Source: an uncultured Nitrospinota bacterium
Lineage (GTDB): Bacteria; Tectomicrobia; Entotheonellia; J063; CAVPRW01
NCBI GenBank assembly: GCA_963707985.1
Contig: CAVPRW010000033.1
Span: forward strand, 19,500-83,499
DNA: 64,000 nucleotides
Direction of reading: 5' to 3'
Below, one piece after another: positions 43,605 through 54,234 of the stretch (position 1 is its first letter; the number at the start of each line of letters is the position of its first letter). The notes under the pieces are model-generated. The model made no database searches and was not told the DNA's origin. It saw only the letters and a program-made list of their open reading frames with translations. The translations under genes and the position numbers were made by a program.

Positions 43605-44528
43605 CTAGCGGGCGGGTGGAGGTGAGATCGGCTGTTCTGGGCGCGATACCTCCACAGCGGCCAGGCGCTCGATGATGGTCATGACCACGCTCGTATCCTG
43701 CTCAGCTAAGCCGGCTGCGATCGCCATCTGTTGGTACTGTTGTGCCACATTGGCAAAGCTGACTGGCACATGCAGCTCCTTGGCGATGGTGTTGAACGTC
43801 TCCAAATCCTTGTTCATCAATTGCACTTTGAAGCCCGGCTCGAATTGGCGTGGGATCAGCGAGTTCGGGATACGCTCCAGCGCCTTGCTGGCGCCACTGC
43901 TAGCCTTCACCACCTCGTAGATCGTCATCGGATCGAGCCCTGCCTTAACGCCGAGGGCTACCCCCTCCATCATGGCGAGGGCATTGACACTGGCCAGCAT
44001 ATTGTTGATCGCCTTCACCGTGTTGCCTGCTCCCACCGGACCCACATGGAAAATGTTGGGGCCAATGGCACGGAGCACCGACTGGGCACGCGTCAGTGTT
44101 TCGGGGTCGCCTCCTACCATGATCGCCAGCGTGGCGGCGCGTGCACCGCTAACCCCACCGCTGACCGGGGCCTCCAGGAAATGCACGCCGCGCGCCTGGG
44201 CCCGTGGCTCGATCTTTCGCGGCGTCGACGGGAGCACGCTGCTGAGGTCGATCAAAATCGTTCCCGGCTTGGCACTGTCTACCAATCCCCCTGGCTCCAG
44301 GTAGACGGCTTCGACATCCGGTGACGCTGGAAGCGAGGTCAAAACGATTTCCGCACCCTCGACGACCGCACGCGCCGAGGCAGCGCCCTGCGCCCCCGCC
44401 TGGAGGAGATTTTCCATCGCCCGCGGATTCCTGTCATAGACGATCACCGGAAAACCTGCTTTCAACACGTTAGAAGCCATGGGATTGCCCATGTTGCCAA
44501 CGCCGATAAAACCCACGGAAGTGGCCAT
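43605..44528 (-). CDS. NAD(P)-dependent beta-hydroxyacid dehydrogenase (3-hydroxyisobutyrate dehydrogenase family)
   Basis: GFIGVGNMG, EAPVSGG, KAINN, KDL. Confidence 0.9.
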   Translation of the reverse strand: MATSVGFIGVGNMGNPMASNVLKAGFPVIVYDRNPRAMENLLQAGAQGAASARAVVEGAEIVLTSLPASPDVEAVYLEPGGLVDSAKPGTILIDLSSVLPSTPRKIEPRAQARGVHFLEAPVSGGVSGARAATLAIMVGGDPETLTRAQSVLRAIGPNIFHVGPVGAGNTVKAINNMLASVNALAMMEGVALGVKAGLDPMTIYEVVKASSGASKALERIPNSLIPRQFEPGFKVQLMNKDLETFNTIAKELHVPVSFANVAQQYQQMAIAAGLAEQDTSVVMTIIERLAAVEVSRPEQPISPPPAR

Positions 44529-44916
44529 TCGCGCCTCCTTTGGCTGCTGCGGCATGAAGTCATGAGATGATGGAACTGTGATGCGTCCTATTATCCTTAT
44601 AATCACGTACTCACATGAGAGCGGAGTCGTACGTCATCAGCTCTGGCTGATCGTTGACAGATTGTTGCCATTGACGCCTGCGGAGGCCCAGTATAGCATG
44701 GCCAGTGGAGCAGGAAAAGCCGGAGCACGGGACAAACTAACCCAACAAAATCACCCCATGATCCGGGGAAATGGCTATAATCATCCGACGAATGTATGGC
44801 TATCGAGAGATCACCCTGGAGGGCTGTAGGCTGAGCGAAGTAGCCTTCTCCTTGAGGCCGATATGCTGGACGGCTGCTCTGCCGCATCATAGACACAACT
44901 GCGATGGACCGTGACC

Positions 44917-45300
44917 ATGGACGACAAGAAATACTTCACCATTGAGGAAGCCAATCGCCTGATTCCGCAGGTAAAGATGATCATTGAACAATTGCGGCAG
45001 GGACGACATCAACTGCAACAACACCGCACGACCGCCGACACTATGGCGCAACACGCGACCGGGAACGGCGGGGGTAGCGAGGCTGGAGCTTACCTCTCCG
45101 ACTACTCGCAAACGTTCGCACGTGGCCTGACGCAATTGCAAGCGATGGGAATCTTACTTAAAGACCTCGACCGCGGCCTGATCGATTTTCCCCACCAACG
45201 CGACGGCCGGGAGGTCTATCTGTGCTGGAAGTATGGCGAAGAGCGCATCGACTACTGGCATGAAACCGATTCGGGCTACGGTGGCCGTCAACCGCTCTAG
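44917..45300 (+). CDS. DUF2203-like protein
   Basis: FTIEEANRLIP, KDLDRGLIDFP, YLCWKYGE...WH...GRQPL. Confidence 0.85.
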   Translation: MDDKKYFTIEEANRLIPQVKMIIEQLRQGRHQLQQHRTTADTMAQHATGNGGGSEAGAYLSDYSQTFARGLTQLQAMGILLKDLDRGLIDFPHQRDGREVYLCWKYGEERIDYWHETDSGYGGRQPL

Positions 45301-46490
45301 GAAGCGTTCAGCGGGGTACCCCTATTCCCCACATTATCCCCTAGCCAGGACGAGTCTAGTCGATACAGCCCGAGCGCATTACGGAAGCAAATGCGCTCAG
45401 CGATCTCCCAAGCTTCGTGTTCCTCCACCGTATCGTCTTTGAGCCAATCGGCAAGGATGTTGCCTAGCGCCCAGCGGGCATACTGGGCGCCGAGCCAGAA
45501 CATCTCCGGCTGCGAATGGGCGTCCGAACCGTACAGGATCTTTGTCGATGGCGCCAGGGCAAGCAATTCCTGCAGTAAGTGTGGCAGCACCGGGCGCAGA
45601 AGTGGTAGGGCTAAGGAGAGATCCACATAGACATCCGGATAGATGCTCGTGAGAAACGCCGACTCGCGGACGTATGGATAGCCCATATGCAGCAGGACGA
45701 TTGGCACTCCTGCATACCGAGAATCGGCAAGGACCGGCCGAAGCAACGCGGGATTAGCCGTGAGGAGGTCGATATCCGGGTCACCGAAGCCACTGTGAAA
45801 TTGTACCGGCAGCTCAAGTCGTCGGGCCTCTTCCAACGCGATGCCCACACAGTAATCCAGGAGCGGTTTCGCTGCCAGACGGAGACGCCCTTGTTGTTCG
45901 ACCAAGGTTTTGAGTCGATGAAACGTCTGACGCGCCTCCGAGGCAGGAACCGCCTGCACCGCCAGCCCTGAACGGTAGGCGACGATCGATTTGAGTGCCA
46001 CAGCACCACGTTGCTTGGCCGCTCTAAGGGCCTCCCGAAATTGCGCTTCGAAGCTCTGGAAATCCGGTGCGGTGACCAGCAGGTCCTCTTCCAAGGTTTC
46101 GATGCGCAGAACCTCCCCGACGCGACAGCCACAGCCGATTTGCAGCTGGCTGAGGCTTAACGTCCCTGCTGGATAGCCGCCATCCACCAGTAGCCCGCGC
46201 ACGTCTGCATCGCGGCACAGTGCAGCGAGATAATCCGGCCTCTGTCGCCGTGCCTCGATGACCGATGCAGTATTGGGGGTACAACCGAGGAACTGTGCGA
46301 TGTCTCGTAGGGCCCTTCGATAGGTCAGGGTATGGGGCACATGGTGGGTAAAGAGACGGTCATCAGCCGCCTCAGTGAAAATGCGCAGGAAGCTTTCAAC
46401 AGAGCTCTCCTGGAAGCTTGCAATGATTGAGTGGCAGTGACCGTCGATCAGCGGGATGGCGCTCAGATCCAAGACCTTCGGCGGAGTCAC
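45297..46490 (-). CDS. Amidohydrolase-family protein
   Basis: IDGHCH, KSIVAYRSGL, QFHSGFGD, LLH.GYP, YGSDA. Confidence 0.88.
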   Translation of the reverse strand: MTPPKVLDLSAIPLIDGHCHSIIASFQESSVESFLRIFTEAADDRLFTHHVPHTLTYRRALRDIAQFLGCTPNTASVIEARRQRPDYLAALCRDADVRGLLVDGGYPAGTLSLSQLQIGCGCRVGEVLRIETLEEDLLVTAPDFQSFEAQFREALRAAKQRGAVALKSIVAYRSGLAVQAVPASEARQTFHRLKTLVEQQGRLRLAAKPLLDYCVGIALEEARRLELPVQFHSGFGDPDIDLLTANPALLRPVLADSRYAGVPIVLLHMGYPYVRESAFLTSIYPDVYVDLSLALPLLRPVLPHLLQELLALAPSTKILYGSDAHSQPEMFWLGAQYARWALGNILADWLKDDTVEEHEAWEIAERICFRNALGLYRLDSSWLGDNVGNRGTPLNAS

Positions 46491-47556
46491 GCCCCATATC
46501 TCCTCTTGCCTGGGGTGCCTAACACCGGCAGAGATCCCTGGAGCTCTGGCTGCCTGCTTCCCTCACATCAGGGAAGAGGGAGCCAACTCTGACCAACGTT
46601 CAGCCCCGTGGATCGTCAATGCATAGCCTGAGCCACGTAGGATAGTCGTTCTCAATAGGTGTCATTCAGATCCGTTCAATCTTGCAGGAGTCAGCGTATC
46701 TGAGAAAGGCCTAATTGACAAGGTGCTTCTCTGATCGCCACGCAGCAGTCATGAACTGAGGCCTTCTCCACGCTCATACATAGCTCTTTCCCATGCCACC
46801 CTCCCAGAACGGTACACTGCAGGGGAGACCTCCATACGTATTATGGCAGTGGAGACAATCGAGCCAGCCGAGGCCGCCTAGAGAATGCATCCATCCCTGA
46901 GTTTGAAAGCCAGCCCTCTGAGGTGAACGTCCAATTTTTCGGATGGGGATCCGGCAACACACCGGTAGTCAACCCCAACACCGACGATTGGAGTCGCACC
47001 ACCAGTGTGAATATCCTTCGGTCTTTTACGAACTGGGCGGCAAATGACGAATGGGCATCGCAGACCTTTGTGTTCGTAACCACCAAGGATTTGTCCTACA
47101 TCTCCCTCGCCCTCACTGGGAAAAACCATATCAAGGCCACCTATGCGGCGTTTGACATCGATTAAACCAATCATCACGGGGAACACAGACGCTACCGCAG
47201 AAGAATCACTGACAATACAATGCCCTGGCCATATTATTGCCCAGGGCTTTCACCTCTATCCAAGCGCTTTCTCCTTAAGCGTCCATAGCTCCACAAGCAG
47301 TTCTTCGAACGAAAACCCCTTATCCATCTGCATCTGTCAGATCCGGTTCTCTTCTGCCCAGAAGACATAGATCGAGCCAATGAACATGCTCTCAATCCTC
47401 ATCGCCGCATCATTCCACGGATGCGTATAGACTTTGACTGCCCCCGATCGGGAATCATACCAGCCGCTATACTCGACATCTTCGGCATCAGCCAGATCAT
47501 CCAGCGCTTGCAGCTGGTCCCACGAGTAGCGAAAATCTACTTCCCCAGGAGGGAGT

Positions 47557-47985
47557 TTATTCCGTTGGAGGATGCCAACTGGCAATCACCCATAAACGAC
47601 GTGCGGCGACTATATCCTGATGGTTTATCTGTAGGGCTACAACGGTAGCCCGTCCCTGGGGCGTCTTGCCACGAATCATCGTGCCGACATCGATCCATTC
47701 GAAGTGCTCTTCCCAGCGTGCAGTTCTGGGATTGAAGAGGGGAACCATGGCTCGGCCTTCGGGATCGAGCGCCTCCTGCCGGTCGGCCTTGTGACTGTTA
47801 CACATTGGGCACGCCAGCCACAGGTTCTCTTCGTCTGAGGTGCCCCCTCGGGATTCGGGGATGAAATGATCAATCTCCAAGAGGGGGCCAATAATGCGTT
47901 GTGCAGTCAAGCAATATCCGCAACGAAAATGTGCTGCCTCGGCCACGCGTCGTCGTAATGCCGCCGAAATGGTACGTTGGTTCAT
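47557..47985 (-). CDS. HNH endonuclease
   Basis: CGYC, IDHFIPESRGG, NL..ACPMCNSHK, LFNPR. Confidence 0.9.
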   Translation of the reverse strand: MNQRTISAALRRRVAEAAHFRCGYCLTAQRIIGPLLEIDHFIPESRGGTSDEENLWLACPMCNSHKADRQEALDPEGRAMVPLFNPRTARWEEHFEWIDVGTMIRGKTPQGRATVVALQINHQDIVAARRLWVIASWHPPTE

Positions 47986-48404
47986 GCAAGCGGGGTGAAT
48001 TGTTCGGGGTCAGAGATATCATAACCACGCTGGCGCAGGAGAACGGCGGCCTGCCCCCTGACCAAAAGCGTTTCACGGTAGAGAGACAGCAATGCTTGTT
48101 CTTCGTTCCGCTCCTCAGTTGTGAGCATTTCGCGCTGCTGTTTATCATGCAAGGTTGCCAGCCGTTCACGCTGCTCTGCAGTCATAGTCGTTCGTGCTGC
48201 CTGCCATAGGGCAGCATCATTGAGATAAGCCAGATGGGCCAAGGCTGAACGCAGCGTTCCTAGTGGAGTATCCATCACCGGGGCCGCTGCTGTCACCGCC
48301 TCTGCGAGCACCTCCTCGACTGGCCGGTGGCTCCGTTCTGCGGCCTGCCGAATCTGTTCGTAGACCGTCTCTGGCAGCGTGATTGTCACCGCATGCCCTG
48401 ACAT
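47982..48404 (-). CDS. Ribbon-helix-helix-like protein coupled to the HNH gene
   Basis: VTITLPETVYEQIRQAAE N-terminus; ATGA overlap with the HNH gene. Confidence 0.7.
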   Translation of the reverse strand: MSGHAVTITLPETVYEQIRQAAERSHRPVEEVLAEAVTAAAPVMDTPLGTLRSALAHLAYLNDAALWQAARTTMTAEQRERLATLHDKQQREMLTTEERNEEQALLSLYRETLLVRGQAAVLLRQRGYDISDPEQFTPLA

Positions 48405-48639
48405 CTTCCACCTCATCAGATTGACCACATACCTCTATACATATCGTAAACTAGCAAGGACAACAGTCACCCATCGGGAATACTGGCCTTAGAACCAATG
48501 TACTTCAGTTATCCTCTGATCCCTGCTCTACCATAAGCCCCACAACGGACGGAACCCTTATGGCTATGATTAAGAATTCTGATCAGCTGGCTCATATCAG
48601 CAGATTTTTTCGGAAAGGCTTTTAACCAATGCCTAACAG

Positions 48640-49419
48640 TTATCCGTGATGGAGTAGCTCTGCCAGCCACTCGCTCTCGGCATTGTCCAACGGTGGTGGG
48701 GGAGGGGACTGGCGGTAGTCGATCTGCTGGGCGTATGCGCCACGTTCATACACGCTGGCCACTGCCGCGCCAAGGTCTAGCGGCACATCCGGGTCTGGCT
48801 CAAGCAGGGGCACTGGCAACACCGGTAGGCGATCCGATAGCTGGATAGGCCAGACCTCCACTCTCGGACGTCGCTCAGCTCGGCTGAGGACGACATAGTA
48901 GGCTGCCGGCGGCACTGGACGCTCCAGGGGCGGACGCTCGCCGCCGCGTAACAGGTCAATCTCTAACAGATGCACTTCCGAGTGCAGGAGGTTGCGACGC
49001 TTGCGCTGGTAGGCGAGATGTGCCTGGTGCCCGGGCCGCTTGTTGACTGGCGACAGGATCTCAATAACCGTCACTAGCTGTTGCTGGGCCGTGGTGCGGA
49101 TCTCGACGCGATGGAGACGCAAGGGGATCTCCAACGCCACTAGGCTTTCTACCGGCGCTGCTGAGATTGTTGCCGTGCTGGGCGCAGACGCAGTCGGTGC
49201 AGGCTCAAGGTGCCAGATTCCGACGTCAGGGCGTATGCCATATGCTTGACCGATTTCTACCACTTCGTACGTAACATATGGCGTCAATCGGGCAAAATAG
49301 CGTGGCTGCATATGGCGATTGAGATGCGCCTGAATCTCAGATGCTAGGTTATTGTGAAAGTCAGACCACAGCTCTGGACTTTCGATATAGGGATCCATAC
49401 CTGGAAACGGCGACGGCAA
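48640..49419 (-). CDS. DUF4058-family protein
   Basis: PSPFPGMDPYIE...W.DFH, IEILSPVNK, EIDLLRGG; TTG start assumed. Confidence 0.88.
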   Translation of the reverse strand: MPSPFPGMDPYIESPELWSDFHNNLASEIQAHLNRHMQPRYFARLTPYVTYEVVEIGQAYGIRPDVGIWHLEPAPTASAPSTATISAAPVESLVALEIPLRLHRVEIRTTAQQQLVTVIEILSPVNKRPGHQAHLAYQRKRRNLLHSEVHLLEIDLLRGGERPPLERPVPPAAYYVVLSRAERRPRVEVWPIQLSDRLPVLPVPLLEPDPDVPLDLGAAVASVYERGAYAQQIDYRQSPPPPPLDNAESEWLAELLHHG

Positions 49420-49516
49420 GGATGCTCTCCTATCAGCCAAGATCTGCACAGCGCCACGTTGGGGGCGGAGCTATGCCGTTCGTGCACATAGGTGATAGAC
49501 CCAGAGGAGCCAAACC

Positions 49517-49954
49517 TCAGGATCGAGCCAACTCTTCATACGTGGGCGTCGGCATCCCGGCATGCCAGGTTGGATCGCGCAGTTCGAGCAAATTGCCGCT
49601 AGGGTCTAGGAAATACAGCTCACGACCCGGAAAGAAGCCGTGCTCACGATAGATCAGGTCGACAACCGGGATGCCCTGGGCTCGGAAGAGCTGACAGCCT
49701 TGCTCGAACACCTCAGGGCTGACCGTAAATGAATGGTGCAGGCGGTTATCTTGCTCAGGGGTTCGCACCACAGGCTCTTTGCGCTGGCACAACAGGATCG
49801 AGTGCTCTGCAACTGTAAAGCAGGCCATGTTGGAGTTGCCCAAGCGGCCCTGATAGTCGAGTCCAAGGATGTCCTGATAAAACTTCTCGGATTCTTCGAG
49901 ATTATTCACGGGGATCGACCAGTGTGTCACGTTGTCGATTTTGAGCTGGCCCAT
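49517..49954 (-). CDS. VOC/glyoxalase-family protein
   Basis: THWSIPV..LEESEKFY...LG, HHSF, YFLDPSGNLLEL; GGAGG RBS. Confidence 0.88.
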   Translation of the reverse strand: MGQLKIDNVTHWSIPVNNLEESEKFYQDILGLDYQGRLGNSNMACFTVAEHSILLCQRKEPVVRTPEQDNRLHHSFTVSPEVFEQGCQLFRAQGIPVVDLIYREHGFFPGRELYFLDPSGNLLELRDPTWHAGMPTPTYEELARS

Positions 49955-50058
49955 ATCTCCCTCCGGTGTCAGCGCAGACCGTCTTTGTGGTCGCGCATGC
50001 CTGTACATGCAGTTGAGATGAAAACTCGCCGTAACATCTATTGCTGGGGAGCAGCAAA

Positions 50059-51246
50059 TCATCCATAGCGCCCAGGGCTCGGCGGCAGGCCCAGAGCCTG
50101 GCGTCCATAATCTTCGGCAGAGACATCCCAACTCAGCCCTTGATGATGTGACCCAGCATTGACATCGCGGTGGAAACGTTGAATCGCCTGGGATTCGTCA
50201 ATGGCGCGTCCGCCGCTGGCCTCGAACAGTCGGTTGACGGCCTGGACACAGAGCTTGGCGGCGAAGCTCTTGTCGCGTCTATAGCGGGCGCGCTCGAGGT
50301 TGGTGAACTCCTCCTCCCGCTCGGCTTTCCCGAGCATCTCACGAATGCAGCGTTTGTGCAGCTCCCAGGCTGCATCCACCTCGACTGCAGCCTCTGCCAA
50401 CCGTACCTGAACAAGTGGGGAATCGGCGGTCCTACCGGGGCCGGACGTCCCTCGCAGCCGGGTCGTGAACTCGTCGACGGCACCCTGGGCGATACCGATC
50501 AGGGGAACGAGGAGGTCCCATCCCGTCATGCACCGAAAGGGCAGCCGATAGCTAAGCCGTCGATGCAGCTCCCATCCCGTCCACTCCCCGTCGCCGGCGC
50601 GGCTCGGGTCCATGATGCGATGCTGCGGGACGAAGGTCTCCTGCACTACTATGTCCTTGCTACCCGTGCCGCGCATCCCGGAGGTGAACCATGTATCCAG
50701 AATCTCGTAGTCGGGGCGCGGAATCAAGACCCAGATGGGGCCGTTGGGACTCGGGACAGCCAGGATCACCCAGCTGGCGGCATCGCAGCCACTGGAAAAG
50801 CCCCAGCGCCCGGACACACGCAGGCCACCGGCGACGGGCTCCGCCTTGGCTCCTGCCGGATTGAGGCCACTAGATGCCAGGGTATCCGGACCACTGGCGA
50901 AGAATTCCTCCTGGGCCCGCTCGGGGAAGTGGCCGATCCACCAGTTATGTGCCGTCCATAGGCAGTAGCACCAGGCGGTGGATCCACACGCGCGGCCCAG
51001 TTCGTAGCCCACGTCGAAGACCGCGTCATATTCGATGGCCAGTCCGCCATATCGCGGTGGATTGCCGATGCGGATGAGACAGGAGGAGATCAGATCTTTC
51101 ACTGTCTCGGGGGGAATCCGCCGCAGCTCTTCGGTGCGAGCCGCGCGCTCCCTCAGAAGCGGCACCATCTCCAAGGTCCGGCGCCGTAGCTCTTCCCCGG
51201 TTAGGGCTGTGTCATTCCCGGTGGACGCCACAATGATCCTTCCCAC
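50059..51246 (-). CDS. Acyl-CoA dehydrogenase-fold flavin-dependent monooxygenase (HsaA-like)
   Basis: CGSTAW, SGRWGFSSGC, W.TSGMRGTGS, QRFHRD...H. Confidence 0.85.
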   Translation of the reverse strand: MGRIIVASTGNDTALTGEELRRRTLEMVPLLRERAARTEELRRIPPETVKDLISSCLIRIGNPPRYGGLAIEYDAVFDVGYELGRACGSTAWCYCLWTAHNWWIGHFPERAQEEFFASGPDTLASSGLNPAGAKAEPVAGGLRVSGRWGFSSGCDAASWVILAVPSPNGPIWVLIPRPDYEILDTWFTSGMRGTGSKDIVVQETFVPQHRIMDPSRAGDGEWTGWELHRRLSYRLPFRCMTGWDLLVPLIGIAQGAVDEFTTRLRGTSGPGRTADSPLVQVRLAEAAVEVDAAWELHKRCIREMLGKAEREEEFTNLERARYRRDKSFAAKLCVQAVNRLFEASGGRAIDESQAIQRFHRDVNAGSHHQGLSWDVSAEDYGRQALGLPPSPGRYG

Positions 51247-51385
51247 TCACTCACGTCTGCGCTCGTGGCCATGCCTACCAGCGCAGACGCTGAGAGTGTT
51301 TTCGACGCTGTCTACAGAGGGGATCCGCGCCACGGCGTGGGGGCGAAGAGCTCCTTAGGTTGCCTCCCGTTTCCCGATCGGCTGC

Positions 51386-52246
51386 CTAGTGCGCTGCGAC
51401 CTGCTTCGCGATGAAGGACTTGACGTGCTCGATCATCCGCGCTGCCTCGGTCTCCGACCAGCCCGCTAAGCCGTGCGGCATATCCTTGAACAACGCGAGC
51501 TCAACGTCTCCTCCAGCAGCGCGATACAGCTCATTGACCTTCTCCACCATGCCCTGTGGCACACCCTTATCGGCCGTACCCTGAACCAATAGGGCCGGGG
51601 GTAGCGCGACTTTTTCCTTGTTCTGCAGGATCTGGATCAAATTGCTTTCCTGCATGGTCTCAGCGTTCAGGAAGTAGCGCTCATGGCTGGCCATCAATTC
51701 CTTATTGCCACGCTCCTGCGCCATCATATAGCGGCCATAGGGATCAAGGACTCCCCACAGCGAAATGGCATAGGCCAGGGTGCCATCGACACCGGCCGCC
51801 CCTGGGAACGGTAGCGCGGTGTAGCGTGGGTCGAAGGGCCGCATGGCGCTGAGCAGAATGAGGTGGCCGCCGCTAGACACGCCCAGTCCGCCCACGGTGG
51901 CCGGATCCGCCTTGAAGTCAGGGGCGTGCACCTTCAGCCAGCGGGTCGCATAGTTGATGTCGGCGAGTGACGAGGGGTAGGGGTCTTGGCCGCCCATACG
52001 GAAATCGATGGACGCCACGACCACACCGCTAGCCGACAGTCCTTCGGCCAACGCCGGGTTATTCCGGCGATCGCCATTATTCCAGGCGCCGCCATGGATC
52101 TCGATCAGCGCCGGAAATGGCCCAGGGCCCTGCGGTTGGTAGGTCAGGGCGAACCAGGAGCGATCGCCAGCACTGCGGTACTCGATATCCTCAACTTTGA
52201 CTTCGTAGTGCGCTGTGGGATCATACTTCACGGGCGCATTCGCCAT
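51386..52246 (-). CDS. Alpha/beta hydrolase (HSL-like esterase)
   Basis: HGGAW, GVSSGG, GTAD, PHG. Confidence 0.88.
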   Translation of the reverse strand: MANAPVKYDPTAHYEVKVEDIEYRSAGDRSWFALTYQPQGPGPFPALIEIHGGAWNNGDRRNNPALAEGLSASGVVVASIDFRMGGQDPYPSSLADINYATRWLKVHAPDFKADPATVGGLGVSSGGHLILLSAMRPFDPRYTALPFPGAAGVDGTLAYAISLWGVLDPYGRYMMAQERGNKELMASHERYFLNAETMQESNLIQILQNKEKVALPPALLVQGTADKGVPQGMVEKVNELYRAAGGDVELALFKDMPHGLAGWSETEAARMIEHVKSFIAKQVAAH

Positions 52247-52790
52247 TCTCGTGGCTCCTCTGCTGCGGCCGCCAGATCACTGACGGCTCGTCCATTGCCA
52301 TGATGGTTGTCTACGAACTTCCCCATCATCGCGCCGGACATTGCTGCTGTCAAGTAAGAACGACATGGCCTTGTTGCACACCTGACGGTTGGTCCAAGGC
52401 CTTGAACTTTGAGGCTTCCTGAGGTCCTTGCTGGCTATGCAATGGAAGCTTCCACTGGGGTGGCCCAGCGTCCCTGCGATGCCGTCTGCAGGGGGCGAGG
52501 ATGGCTACTATCCCAGTATCCGTCGCCTGCGGTATCCGCCTCAGCAAGACACGACGGATAGACGCCGAGCAAAAAATGTGATAGAAATGCCTATCTGTCG
52601 GTCCTTCACGACGCGACGTTGAGGAGGTTTGACGACCGTGCCCGGATCGAAAGGGGTCGACACCTGATCAATGCCTGGACCATGGCCGGCCGCCCGGCGC
52701 CGGGATAGTGGCAGGTCGACGGCTAGGCCAACCGCCCGTGGAAACCAGGACTTCTCAGATCACACGGTACACCAGGAGGAGGAAGATGCG

Positions 52791-53312
52791 ATGGTTGAGG
52801 CACAGCAGGCAGCCATTCTACGGCCTGAGACAATGGTGGAAGAGTTCAAGAAAAATCGTGTCACCCATGTGGTGACGATCCCGGACAGCGAAACCAACTA
52901 CCTGTATGAATTAATGAAGATGCAGCCCTGGTTGGACATTGTGCCAGCGTCCCGCGAAGGAGAAACCTTTGCGATTGCCCTTGGGCTGTCGATTGGCGGC
53001 AAGGTTCCGGTGGTGTTGATTCAAAACACCGGAATGATGGAATCTGGGGATTCGATCCGGGGCATGGCATTGGATGCCGGTTTTCCTCTGCTCATGGTGG
53101 TCGGGTATCGAGGCTGGACCCGTCATGGTGTCATTTCGGATACGGCGGCGCGCTATACGGAGCCGTTCCTGAATGCCTTCCGCATCAACTATTATCTGGT
53201 CGAACAGGATGTCGACGCGCCACGTATTTCCGTGGCGTTTGAGGAAGCCCGAGCCACCAAGCGACCTGTGGCCGTGTTAATCGGTGATGAATACCATGGT
53301 TTCAACCGCTAG
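52791..53312 (+). CDS. ThDP-dependent decarboxylase alpha subunit (sulfopyruvate decarboxylase ComD-like)
   Basis: IPDS, REGE, IQNTG, GYRG; strong RBS. Confidence 0.8.
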   Translation: MVEAQQAAILRPETMVEEFKKNRVTHVVTIPDSETNYLYELMKMQPWLDIVPASREGETFAIALGLSIGGKVPVVLIQNTGMMESGDSIRGMALDAGFPLLMVVGYRGWTRHGVISDTAARYTEPFLNAFRINYYLVEQDVDAPRISVAFEEARATKRPVAVLIGDEYHGFNR

Positions 53313-53406
53313 CCAGTTGGACGCATCCTCTGGCGGCGAGGCAGTCCAGGGGAGCCAACGCGTCTAACCCGTATCGACCAACATGTACGTACACAGGAGG
53401 GATGCC

Positions 53407-53994
53407 ATGCTTGAAGCAGCGGATGTGTTCAAGGTCTTTCAGAAGCATCGTGGTGACGCGATTGTGATTCCCACCGGGACATCTGGCCGACAATGGTTGA
53501 ACTTCACCACCAACGAGAAGCGGGACCTATCGCTCGGCGGTGCGATGGGCCACTCGGCCGCTGCGGCTCTGGGCGTGGCGTTGTCGCTCCCCAGCGAGAA
53601 GGTGGTGTTGTTCGATGCCGAAGGTGCCCTGCTGATGAATCTGGGTATTCTCGCCACCATCGCCGGCATGAAGCCCCAGAACTTCTACCACTTCGTACTC
53701 GACAACGAATGTTACGCCACCACGGGTGGACAGCCCGTGCCCAACGCCAAGGAGATCAACTACGCCGGCATTGCGAAAGAGGCGGGCTATGTGGCAGCCT
53801 ACCGCTTTGACGATCTCCAGGAATTTGAGCGTAACGTGGGCAAGATCCTCGATGAGAAGGGGCCTGTTTTTATCGCCATCAAGGTGATTCCAGCGATCGA
53901 GAACGAACCGATCGGCATGCGCAACCGGCCGGCGACGCGGAATCGGACCCAGACCATTAGGGATCTCCGGGCCGAACTGGGGATAACAGGGTAG
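53407..53994 (+). CDS. ThDP-dependent decarboxylase beta subunit (ComE-like)
   Basis: GAMG, DAEGALLMNLG, LDNECYATTGGQ. Confidence 0.82.
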   Translation: MLEAADVFKVFQKHRGDAIVIPTGTSGRQWLNFTTNEKRDLSLGGAMGHSAAAALGVALSLPSEKVVLFDAEGALLMNLGILATIAGMKPQNFYHFVLDNECYATTGGQPVPNAKEINYAGIAKEAGYVAAYRFDDLQEFERNVGKILDEKGPVFIAIKVIPAIENEPIGMRNRPATRNRTQTIRDLRAELGITG

Positions 53995-54234
53995 AGTCAT
54001 GAAATACCTGTGGGCAGGCCGCAGGGATAGCGGCCAGCGCCACAGCGTTTCATCATCGATGGCACGGGAACAATCGCCCTGGAGCCAAGGTGATGTTTTG
54101 CCTTCCTGACATCGGTCAAACCGCACATACGTATCTCTCTGTGCCGCGCATACTCATGCGTGCGGTTTGGCCGCTCCCACCATCGTCGGCTACTACACGT
54201 TAGACAATCTCACGCGGATCAGCACCGGGAGGAT

